Below, piece after piece: positions 13,205-24,114 of a stretch of DNA of 64,000 nucleotides (positions are counted from its first letter, which is position 1; each line of letters begins with the position of its first letter). The stretch is from Eledone cirrhosa (Eukaryota), in assembly GCA_964016885.1 (NCBI GenBank), contig OZ024742.1:338024001-338088000 (forward strand), read 5' to 3'. Below the pieces are notes generated by a model that did not search any database, was not told where the DNA came from, and saw only the letters and a program-made list of their open reading frames with translations. Both the position numbers and the translations under genes were made by a program.

Positions 13205-13615
13205 ATATATATATATATATACACTTCAACTTGCCTGAACTCCAAAGACCAAGATCGTCAGATGTTGTCCTCACCTGAAATCACATCTAATCTGTAACTG
13301 GATTGACATTCCTACGATGACTCAACCACCTTGAACTTCTTCTCTGCCCTCTACGTCTTACATCCACTACGATTTGTTTACCTTCTGAACTTACTTTCTG
13401 TACTCTTATATTCTTTTTCTCCCTTATCTCCCCTTATATTTAAACCTTTTCCTATGTATTTATTTTCCTTATTCCCCACTACTTTCTACCTTACCCTTTA
13501 TATACCCACCTTTTTTATTTTTAGATATTTATTTCTGTGTGTGTATGTGTGTGTTGCGTATATGTGTATGTGTGTGTATATATATATATATGCTTCTGTT
13601 GTATTTGTCTGTGTG

Positions 13616-13616
<1 letters not shown>

Positions 13617-13653
<37 letters not shown>

Positions 13654-16270
13654 GTTTAACGTCCATCTTCCACGCTTGCATGGTTTTGGACGGGAGTTTT
13701 CCCACTTGAGGCAAGATTGGTTGTCCTGCTCGTATAGGACTGTCTGGCGGGTTTTCTACGGCTGGATGCCCTTCCCAACACCAACCACGTTTACAGTGTG
13801 TACTGGGAGGTTTTTACCGTGTTACCTACACGGCCACATTACAGCGTGGACTGTGTGTGTTTTTTTGTCGTGACACCTACACGACCTCATTTGTTTCGGA
13901 CTGGATGTTGTGGTACCAACATAACTTCACATTTAAGGGGGTGGTGTGGATGGGATGGGGCTAGTGGGACGGGGGTGTATTTTGTTAGAGGTGTCTACTG
14001 ACTGTAGGTTTCGCTTTGTACTTAGGCAAGGCAAGTCTTCTGTATAACCGTGTAACGCCAAAGATCTCGGTCCAGTGACATTGTCTTGGAGAGGTGTAAG
14101 TGTGTGAGGTCGGAATTTATCAAGTCGTCCCTGGTTTTTCTGGGTCTGCCTACTCCGTGGCTACCGTCTATTTTTATCGCCCTGCACTTTTTTTATACAG
14201 CTGTCGTCTTTCATGCGCATCAGGGAACCGTACCAACGTAGTCTTCTCTCGAGTAAACAACATCTGATTCCTCTTATTCCTAATTTCTCCCTTAGTTCGT
14301 TTATGCTTTGCCGTTCACGTATATTACTATTACACATCCAGCGGAGCATGCAAGCTTCGTTTCTCTCCAGTCTGCGTATATCCTCTGCACACAATGCCCA
14401 GGTCTCACTGCCATGTAACATTGCTGTTCGTATGCAGGCATCATACAGCCTGCCTTTCATTTTTAGAGAGAACCCTTTAGCGCCCAATAGTGGTATAAGC
14501 TCTCTGAACTTTTTCCATCCCGTTCTGACTCTAGCTACTGTACTTTCAGAGCACCCTTCCCCACTGCTGATTTTATCACCCAGGTAACGGAAGCTGTCCA
14601 CTATTTCTATAGAACCATCTGTGCAATGGAATAAGCTAGTATTCTGTGGGCACTTGCTGCTACTTATTGCACCAGAGCACCGGCCACATGTAAAATCTAT
14701 GTTCTTAGTTAGCTTACCTGTGATCCCACTACATCTTTTATGCACCCATACTTTGCATTTGGGACATAAAATGGAGTTTCTGCCTACTCCTTTCCTACAC
14801 ACTGAGCATGGCCATTTCCCAGATGGGACTGGTGCCCTATTTTCCTTCCTACAAACTAGAACTTTAGTCTTAGACAAGTTAACTTTAAGGCCTTTTAATT
14901 CTAGGCCATGCTTCCATTAAGTTCAGCCATTGATTCAGCTATGAGCGTTAGATCATCTGCATATAGGAGTTCCCATGGGCAGCCGGTCTTGAACTCCTCT
15001 GTTATAGCCTGAAGAGCAATAATAAATAGTAGGGGGCTAAGGACGGAGCCCTGATGAACACCAACCTTTACGCTAAACTCTGTTACCTGACACAAAACCG
15101 AACTGCATTTCGTCTAGATCAATTCGCTCTCTGATTAGTTGCGCTATTACTTTTTCTGTGACCTTCATGACCTGGTCAATTAATTTAATGCCTCTATAGT
15201 TTCCCCTATCTAGGGCATCGCCTTTACCCTTGTAGCAGTTAATGATGATGCTGCTGCGCCAGTCCTTCGGAACGACCCCATTCTGTATGACTTGGTTTAC
15301 TATCCGGGTGACCATAGTGTGTCCCACCGTTCCAGATGCTTTCAGCATTTTAGCAACTATTTCCGAAGGCCCGGCCGCCTTGCCCGTCTTCATGTCTTTG
15401 ATCACCTTACTTATTATACTACCTTCAACTTGCACTGCTGGTCCCTCTATTGGATCGATGTGGGGGAGACTGTCTTTCTCCCAATTATTCTCCTCATTTA
15501 GTAGCCTTTCGTAGTGACACTTCCAAGCTACCTTCTTATCAGCGTCAGTGATGGCAAGTACACCATCATCATTAAGGTCACACTTCTCCCCGACAATATC
15601 ACTGTTTTCCTTGACACATTGCCTAACAATCCTGAACACCTCACGCTTTTGGTCCTCGCGTTGTAGAACATGCTTGAATTTTCTTTCCTCTGCTTCCCTT
15701 CTTGCGAAGTACACTTGTCTCCTAGTTTCCCTCCTGGCCACTTGATAGTCTTCTCTACTTCCCCCATCCCGCCATGCTTTCCAAGCCTGCTATTTGGCCT
15801 TGATTGACCCCTCCACCTTACTGTTCCACCACCAAGTTACTCTCCTCCTGCTTATAGGTCTGCTCCAGCCACAGGTTTCATCTGTCGCCTTCAGCAGGTT
15901 AGCTTTCAGGAATACCCACTGTTCCTCTATATTGTATGACTCTAATTGCTCTTCCTTACTATCAAAAGCATCAAGTAATATGCTTTTAAATTTATTACTG
16001 GCTGTGAGGTCTTTTAACTTCCATATTTTTCTCCTGAGGATAGTCCTCTTCTGTTGTCGAGTACGTCTCGTCCTGACTATGAGGTCGCTAATTATGAGTT
16101 TATGTTGAGAGGTGCATTCTTCGTGGGGGAGGGATTTAGTGTTTACAACAGACACTCTGTCACGTCTCCTGGTAAGGATATAATCTACCTGGCTTGTGTG
16201 TTCCCCCGATCTATAGGTGATCAAGTGATTGTCTCGTTTTTTGAAGTTAGTGTTACAGATAGTTAGGTTA
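13617..16270 (-). mobile_element. 5'-truncated RTE-type LINE (decayed)
   Basis: APE C-terminus (QVDYIL, SQHKL), NYRGIKL, GVHQGSVLSPLLF, LYADD, PHD-like finger, RRLRWYG. The 3' UTR ends in (TGA)n. Frameshifts and an internal deletion are present. Confidence 0.92.
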
Positions 16271-16549
16271 TTTGGCGTAGGACAGAACGTAGGACAGAAC
16301 AAAGGAGAGGCACAAAAACAAAGAAAAGAATCCCCAGTCACTGAAGAGGTCAGAGAATGTGTGACGAACGAACTTTGACAATATATGAACAATCGTCTGG
16401 TTGTGGAACCAACCAACCAACCGGAAATTTATAAATTCCTAAATTTATAAATTTAATTTATAATAAATTGAAGTGGAAGCAACTGGTGCGTCTGTTTCTT
16501 ATTGGCAACATGACCCTCCCAAAGCATAACAATATATATATATATATAT

Positions 16550-16826
16550 AATAAAGAAGAAATTAAAAGATGGTTAAAAGAGTTCCATATATTTTATTAT
16601 GCGCATTTCGAATACAAAATCATCCTGAGGCAAAAATTGTGTTCTCATCAGATAAAATAAGGTAACATGATATGAGGCATAATAACACTTGTTTACAGGA
16701 AAGTGCTAAGTCTACATATAACAGAAATATAATATAATTTTTGTCCCAGGATGATTTTGTATTCGAACTGCGCATAATAAAATATATGGAACTCTTTTAA
16801 CTATCTTTTAATTTCTTCTTTATTAT
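16550..16826 (-). mobile_element. Short Penelope-type pLTR unit with inverted partial copy
   Basis: 16550-16640 is an inverted repeat of 16736-16826. Homologous to 8595-8720 and inserted next to (TA)n. Confidence 0.7.
16590..16659 (-). ncRNA. Type I hammerhead motif, family C copy 2
   Basis: Minus strand: TATTTTAT|CTGATGA|GAACACAA-19nt-TTGTATTC|GAAA|TGCGCA|TA|ATAAAATA. Confidence 0.82.
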
Positions 16827-16907
16827 ATATACTCCAGTTCTACCAACTGTTGAGTGCTACTTATCTGATATATGCATAGTTTTATTGTTCTACAATATTA
16901 CTCACCT

Positions 16908-19179
16908 TCTACATATATATACATATATAAAACAACTGTAGTTGTCTGTGTGTATGTGTGTGTCCTAATTTTTGCAAAGTCTATACAAATCCACATTTCT
17001 ACTCCGATTGACTTCAAACTTGCATTTATATATTCCTTACGGTCTAAAGATACTGCAGCTTTTATTTTTCAATTTTCTGTTGTTAAAGGGGTTGTTCTGT
17101 TGTTAGGCGCTGGTTATCGATCTCAGTCGTGCCCTTATAATATATGTCTGTATGTCTCGCTGTCTGCATTACGACATTATGACAAACATTGATGACTTAT
17201 TATGTTCGCTATTTTCCGTTCATTGCCAGGGAACGTCTTCACGAACCAAAGTATCGTCTTCCTGTTTTTCTTCGGTTGCAACGTTTTTCTAAATATTTAC
17301 TTCTGCGTTCACAGATTGATTTTTTTAGTTTCAGAAGATCCCGTTAAGGGTGAAAGCAGCGATTCTTTGCTTAAATTTTAATCTGTTATTTGAATATATA
17401 ATATAAGCGTGGCAAGCTAGCCCAGTTTCCACTTCTTGCCAATAAACATTAACCCTTTGTGCGCCATCCTCTAACTGTAGACCAACAAATACCAACTAAA
17501 CAGAGGGATAAAAAAGAAAACGACTGTATTGGATGTGTTGTCTGGTATGACGTGAGACCGTAATATGTGTGAGAGAGACATAAACAAAACAATCATAAAA
17601 GTTTCTTATTAGGCTGGGGGAGTAAACTGCCGATTAAATGGTAGCTTTGGCCTTGGATTTTAAATGTTGTGAAATAACCATAGTCAGTATGATCTTTTTC
17701 AGCTTCAAAGGACATCATCTGAAACACAGCAACATACCGCATAACATTGCTTCTGAAGTGTTGCTTCGTGAGTAAGGACTGTAAGTAGTATATGGATAAA
17801 AGGTGGAGAGTAGATTAATTTCAAATAATATCAGTTTTTCTTTGTTCTGTAACAACAAAGTCTGTAAAACGACTTTATAAAAGCTAACGTAATATTGTTA
17901 AACCTTCAACTGATACTTTTGTGGAACGTCACTCTCTCTCTCTGAATATCTAACACTTTAATTGTATCTCTCTCTTTCTGCTTCTTCGTCTGTGTCTCCC
18001 TTTAGATGTTTGTAGTTTTCGTGTGATTCAACCAGCCAACTAATAAACATCTTTCTTTTATATTATACTAGTGGTGGTACCCGGCGTTGCATGGGATAAG
18101 GTATTTTGGAACGCGGGCCGCCAACAGACCTAATCATGGAAAAACTGCATGCCTGGACAATATGTAAAGAAAATAAACCGAATACTCTGATGGCTGGATA
18201 ATCTTTAAGATTTTCCTCGATGAAGCGGTAAAAATGTAGGTTTTCACCTAATGCGGGCCCTAGGGTATCAAGAAAATGAATTTTTTTTATGTGCATAATA
18301 TGCCTTGAAATTTCGGGAAAATCGGCTAGACGTAATGCCTCAAAACAGCCCTAAAAAGCTGAAAAATGAAGTTTTTCATCTAATGCGGGCCCTAGGCCAT
18401 AAAAAAGTTGGATTTTCTTTGCTCACGGTATGAAGAAGAGACTGACTAATACATAGTTACAATTTCAAGGAAATCGGTCTGACGTAACGCCTAAAAAAAA
18501 CAACTAAAAAGCTGGATAAAAAAACGCAGTTTTTCACCTAATGCGAGACCTAGGGGATCAAAAAGTTGAATTTTTTTTATGTGCATAAGATAAGTAATAC
18601 ACATGTAAAGTTTGAAAAAAATCGGTTGGCTACTTCTCGAGTTTTAGGGATTCAAACTCACACACACACACACAGACAGACATCCTCAGTTTTATATATA
18701 TAGATTATAAATACTTATATATATATATATAAATATATATCTATCTATATATATATCATAATTGAATATAAAAGAGAGATAAACACAGACATATACATAT
18801 ATGTGTTTAAGTCGTAAGGGACCAGATTCGCTAAGGTGAAAAAAATACTAACTATGGACAATAGGATTTGCCAGACTCAATTTAAGAATAAATCAAGAAA
18901 ATAAACACAAACCGGAATTGTGGTAACTACCGATCACCCATACCAATGAATGTGTATTGTCTTTAATCATTTGTATAACTACATCCTGTTCAGTGTTTTC
19001 CTTCATTATCAGCATAGTTTTATGTGTACAAAGATTGCACTAAATATTCTTTGCATTAATTATTGAAGACTTCTGCTTATTTTGACAGGTTGGGGACAAA
19101 TAATTTTCTTCTTTTAGTTCCTAGCTGTATAATCTTAGCATAATTTCAAACCCCGGGCAACGCCAGGTAAATCTGCTAG
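16908..19179 (+). mobile_element. Non-autonomous Helitron (outer; whether both ends belong to one element is uncertain)
   Basis: 5' TC(TA)n-ATAAAA..(GTCT/GT)n start. 3' GC-rich hairpin cccgggcaacgccagg followed by CTAG|T at 19176-19180. Confidence 0.6.
18068..18704 (-). mobile_element. Non-autonomous Helitron (nested, opposite strand)
   Basis: Minus strand: A|TCTATATATATAAAA...cccatgcaacgccggg...CTAG|T. Three internal degenerate repeats (ttttcacctaatgcgggccctagg). Confidence 0.8.
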
Positions 19180-19267
19180 TATATGTATATGTCTGTGTTT
19201 ATCTCTCTTTTATATTCAATTATGATGTACGGCTCGGGAAAAATCTCTTTCCTAGAGCTATTTTATT

Positions 19268-20670
19268 GTAAACCACCGTCGTAGCTACGAGTCGAGTAAA
19301 GGCCGACTCTAAATAAGCCTAGTCTTCGCGGGTTTGACAAAGTACCAGATTGTTGACTGGCTCTAATAAGACGAGGAAACAAAGAAAAACCATACGCCAC
19401 CGCCCTTCGCGCAAGTTAACAAGGGACACGTCCAGGCCTTAGGTAGAGGGGGCCTGTTCAAAAAATATATTGCAGTCTCCATTTCATGCCACAAAAACCT
19501 GTCCTGGGAGACGTGGGATGAATGCACAAAGGCTACGTATCCAAAAACCCGAAAGAGGGTCTGGAAGGGAGCAAACCTTGACAGTTGGAACCTAGAACAT
19601 CACAACTCTTACAGGCAAGGAACAGGAACTAGTGGAGGAGGATAGATGCTACTGGCTAGATATAGTCAGGGTTTCTTCAACCAAGTTCCCTGGCTCTGAT
19701 ACTGTAGATTTGGATGGAGGATGTAAATGCCACTATTCAGGTGTGGTGCCAGAAATGACTGGGAGTGGGGATACTAACAAGCCCCCGGCTGTCAGAATGT
19801 GTTATGGACTGGATTCCGTTAGGAGGGAGGATTTGTATATCGAAGCTTAGGCTGAAAGATAGGTCTGTGTGGGTGATGCAAGTTTATGTACCAAACAAGG
19901 AGTCTTCATACAGGATCTTCTTTGATGAAGTCACTGCAGCGTTAGATGTAGTTAAGAGTCATGTATCCTGGTGGGAGACTTCAATGCACATATTGGCATT
20001 GACGACTTGACAAGGGAAGGAGTTATTGGAAGGAATGGCGACCCCGATCTAAATACGGATGAAAAGGCTTTGTTAGACTTCTGTTCTAGCAATGGACTCT
20101 CTATTATGAACACCTTTTTCCAGCATAGAGACACCTATAGATGGTATAAGGAGAATCAGGGATAGAGATTTATAATTGATTTTATTGTCTCTGATCTCTT
20201 TGATTCTGCGCTGGATGTTCATGTTAAGAGAGGGGTTGAGCTGTGAACTGATCACCATCTAGTTATCTGCAGCTTGAGGCTGCTTAAAACCAAAGGAGCC
20301 CACAAAATTGGCAGGTCCAGGGTGACCTACAGGATAAAGTGGGAAGCATTGGGGGATAAAAAGGTCGGGACCAGATATGCAGATAGTATTGCATCCAAGT
20401 TCAGAGAACTCCCCCATCAAACTGGAGACATTGAGACGAAGTGGAGTTTGTTCAGCAGTTTCTGCTTCCGCTGTTAAATGTTGTAGGCGAAAGAGGTTTG
20501 GTGTGACGCCGAATGTCAAGAAGACTCCTTGGTTCAATCAAGATGTCAAAGATGCCATCCGAGTAAGGAGGCTTACAAAGCTTGGCTTGGAAATAAGTCC
20601 TCCTTTTGCACTTGCGGTACAAGCAGACTCGACAAATCGCAAGCAGAGACAGCAAAAGCGTCCAAGTGTG
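19268..20670 (+). mobile_element. 5' portion (UTR plus APE endonuclease) of a second RTE-like LINE family, decayed
   Basis: Fragments NITTLTGKEQELVEE, LDIV.VSSTK, GDFNAHIG, NGLSIMNTFFQH, IDFIV, TDHHLV and KTPWFNQDVK, with many frameshifts. Confidence 0.8.
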
Positions 20671-21084
20671 TAGTTAACCCCTAAGGCGTGAGGTTCGGTG
20701 GATTGTCGTACTTTGTCGATTGGTAAATCGCAGTCCCCCCCCCCCCCCCCCCCTCACTCTTTTTTATTTCCTTTACCATTTTTGTTCAATGAATTATATT
20801 ATTATATTTTTGTTAAACATATATATATTATATGTAATTTGTTAAGCGGAAACTACCAAAACCGCTTCTTACAACGATTTGACCTAACCCGCAACACAAC
20901 ATAAGATAAAAAAAAAATTGAATTCTTTTGCGGTTGCCAAATAAATACACCGACTTCCCTCTCTACTACCTCTATTTATTATAATGGAATCTTCCTACAA
21001 TGCCAAACTCTCAACGAATAAACAAGAGTGGCGGGCCTTGATTTCTTTCGCTCTCTTTTATTTCGTGAAAACAACTAATTCAAT

Positions 21085-21108
21085 TTTCGCGCACCTATAT
21101 TTTCCCGC
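21085..21108 (+). promoter_or_regulatory. Two tandem E2F-consensus sites upstream of the ORC3 start
   Basis: TTTCGCGC (21085-21092) and TTTCCCGC (21101-21108) match TTTSSCGC, 38-61 nt before the ATG. Confidence 0.7.
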
Positions 21109-21145
21109 CAATTCTGAAAAGCAGCCGTGTTTGTTTAATGTGATA

Positions 21146-21169
21146 ATGGCCACCAGTTCTATCTCTAAG
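21146..21169 (+). CDS. ORC3: ORC3 coding exon 1
   Basis: MATSSISK followed by gtaatt. Resembles the vertebrate ORC3 start MATSSMSK (from memory). Confidence 0.88.
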
Positions 21170-21239
21170 GTAATTATAATGTTTATCCTCATTAAACAAT
21201 ATGATTATGTCTTCAGGACAAAAGGAAAACAGTAGATGT

Positions 21240-21420
21240 AATAATAATTGTCTCTACATTTGGCACTAGGCCAGCAATTTGAAGGGAGGCGGCAGTCGAT
21301 TATATTGACTCCAGTACTTTATTTAACCGACCCTGTTAGGAAGAAAGACAGCTTACCTTGGCGGGATTTGAACTCAGAAGTAAAGGGCCGTAACTATATG
21401 CCACAAGGCATGTCCGACGC
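21240..21420 (-). mobile_element. tRNA-derived SINE
   Basis: Reverse B-box ggatttgaactc and reverse tail aataattgtctctac. Confidence 0.75.
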
Positions 21421-21424
21421 TGCA

Positions 21425-21468
21425 TGATGACCCTGACATAAGCAGGCGAAACTCCAGAGTAATAAAAT
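21425..21468 (+). ncRNA. 5'-truncated hammerhead motif in ORC3 intron 1
   Basis: TGATGA|CCCTG-ACATAAG-CAGGC|GAAA|CTCCAGAG|TA|ATAAAAT. C3 and the 5' strand of stem I are missing. Confidence 0.6.
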
Positions 21469-21747
21469 ATTTAAACTCTACTATATATCCATCGCGGATA
21501 TATATATATATATATAGAGAGAGAGAGGGGTAGAACATGGAAGGTAATATCCGTAGTGGTAGAGCACTCACTCCATGGACGAGTTTGGTAGAAGTAGTAA
21601 CACAACAGTTAGTTCACCATACCGAGAAACAATTGTTCACGGTATGGTGAACTAACTGTTGTGTTACTACTTCTTTATATATATATATACACACGGTAAA
21701 TGTAAACATCAACACGCACACACACACACACGTTTGTGTGTGTGTGT

Positions 21748-21922
21748 TCGGCTATTTATTTACCGGGCTAAAAATTCTTATTTAGTCCAGAAATAGCCGT
21801 CGAAACGGCTTGAGCTCTGCCGTCGGGGTCATACTTGTTCCTATTACCCACTCTACTACCCTAAGTATTGAGTACTTTGGTGCGTTATGGTCCATCTGGT
21901 TCCTTACCACAATTCCTTCGTT
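21748..21922 (+). mobile_element. Solo, 5'-truncated pLTR of the Naiad-like element
   Basis: High identity to 13048-13204. Flanked by ~45-bp imperfect direct repeats (21676-21722, 21922-21967). Confidence 0.85.
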
Positions 21923-22706
21923 ATATATATATACACACAGTAAATGTAAACATACAACACGCACACTTACACACACACACATATATATATGTGTGTGTGT
22001 GTGTGTGCGTTTACATTTACTGTTTGTTTATCTCCCGTATCTTGACCTAAAACCCTAATTTATATGTAAGTGTTTACACTTTCATATAAATTAGGGTTTT
22101 AGTTCAAGATACGAACTATATTGATCATCTTTTAACATCGATTTCCCATTCTTACATAGTTTAGACAAGTTATGAGGCTAGCCAAGTGAGGTGACCACGT
22201 CTTCCTCATACTGATCTGTTTTGGGTTGAGTTTTTCTACTGTTGGATGCTCTTAAAGCCAACCACATCACAGTGTATATCGGAAGCCATTCTCGCAGCAC
22301 CACCAGTACCACTTTACAGGGCGGGTGGGTTCGGTACTTTTTTTTTTTTTTTTTTGACATGGTACCAGCATGGTCACCTTACACGGTGGAATAGGTGCCT
22401 TTTTGCTATTAAGTCACCGGCAGGGTGGAATGTGTGTGTGTTTTTTTTTTTGTTTTTTTTAGTCGTGGCACCAACATTGTATGAGATCAAGTGTCGAGCG
22501 TGTCTGGCTTTCCCTGAATGCATGGGTTGGACAGGAAATGTATATCAGGGAGGAGGTAATATGAGATGTAGTTATGATTGTTCTGGGAAAGAGTACATTG
22601 CAAATTAAGAGACCCAAGCCTCGAAATATGAAATATATTTTATTTTCTTTCATCACTTTCTCTGTTTCTTTTTTTCCTTTAATATGTTTAAAATTTTCAA
22701 TTTTAG

Positions 22707-22749
22707 GGATGTTTTGCCTTTAGAGGGAATACAAAGAGACTAAATTTCG
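22707..22749 (+). CDS. ORC3: ORC3 exon 2
   Basis: ttttag|GCFAFRGNTKRLNF|gtacgt; phase 0 to 1. Confidence 0.88.
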
Positions 22750-22969
22750 GTACGTGACCCTATTTTATATCTTATAGCTGTTTTACATTGTTTATTAGTT
22801 TAAGATTTTCCTGACCATATTTCCAATGAAAGACCCAGCATATCATTTTCAAATGATTTTGAACATAATAAAACATTTGGAGGAATTTAGTCATATATAA
22901 AATGTATATATTTTCAATTTACAAGGAAATTTGGCTTGTTTACAATTCTATATACTTGGTGTGGAAGTT

Positions 22970-23380
22970 GGACCTTCGTAAAGACCTGAAGATCCGTCTC
23001 TTCGTTGTTACAGTGGAGTCTGTTACTGTACGGAAGAAACTCACTCAGATGGTAGATGGGTGCTACACGAGAATGCTGAGGATGGCTCTGAACATTAATC
23101 AGTACACTAAAGATGAAGAGCTCAGAGCTGTACGGGAGCCTCCCAAAAGTCAGCTCGAATGTAACACAGAGGAGACTGAGGTTAGCTGGACATGCTCACC
23201 AACATTCAGAGTTGACTGCACTCAGTGCTCCTGGGAGCCCTTACACAGGCACACTAGAAGAGGAAGACTGGTGTTGGCATATATTGATGCCCTAAGGACA
23301 GACACTGATCGCTGGGAGATGCAGGACATGGTGACAATGATGAAGGACAGAGACTGCTGGAGAGAACTCGTCCATGGATC
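22970..23380 (+). mobile_element. LINE ORF C-terminal fragment (RTE-like)
   Basis: DGCYTRMLRMALNI, RRLRLAGH, DRDCWR. Confidence 0.75.
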
Positions 23381-23442
23381 TCAGAAATTTTGCCCGCCCT
23401 TGGTGTGTATATAGAAAATGGAAAATGGTGATAGTGGTGATA

Positions 23443-24114
23443 TTAGGTTGTTCTGAGTGTTGTGTTTTGAAACGCAATTTTATCATAGTATTTTAATTAT
23501 ATTTTAGGTGAATTTCGACATACTTAATAATTTTATACTTATTTCAGACAAAACATTCTTGAAGCCAAGGCGCCTTTAATTGTCAACATGACAAAAAATG
23601 ACCTTCGCTTTTCTTGCATGAGTTCAAGCTTGGGCACAATGCCTCCCAAACAGCTGCCAATATCAACAGAGCATGGGGAGAGGGGTCCACAAGTGATCGC
23701 ACAGTACGAGAGCCTTGAAGATGAAGAAGGTAGAGGACGGTCATGCAGTCTTGACAATGAACAATTGAAATCAATTGTTGAACAAAACCTACGTCAAGGT
23801 GTCAGAGAAATGTCTCAGGCACTTGGTATCGGTATTGCAACGGTTTCATGCCCTCTGCAGAAGATTGGTAAAGTGAAAAAGCTTGATAAATGGGTACCGC
23901 ATGAGCTCAATGAAAATCAAAAAGTTCGGCGTTTTGAAGTGTGCTCAATGCTCTTTCTGCGAAACACCAATGATCCTTTTCTTGACCGAATAGTCAATAG
24001 GCAGAGATGCATAGATTGTTCACGGCTCATACTTTGATTAATCAAAGCATTTCTGTTAATTTTTCCAGAATAAAATTATTTATGAAATCGGCCATTATTT
24101 TTGGAACAACCTAA
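23443..24114 (+). mobile_element. Internally deleted mariner transposon
   Basis: TA|TTAGGTTGTTC...GAACAACCTAA|TA. Transposase N-terminus with LEDEEGRGR and the WVPHEL motif; no DDD domain. Confidence 0.9.

Noticed and set aside
17325-17368. CAGAAGA-TCCC/GGGT-GAAA hammerhead-like motif
   Set aside because: U4 is missing, and there is no stem I or valid NUH register.
19268-19376. HDV-like or twister fold at the LINE 5' end
   Set aside because: There is no room for P3/L3 between the candidate P2 and P1 strands, and no twister CCCAAGCCCGG/GAGGG-like motifs.
20700-21140. Divergent head-to-head gene (RARS2 in vertebrates, from memory)
   Set aside because: No recognisable minus-strand coding exon. 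The upstream DNA is transposon debris.
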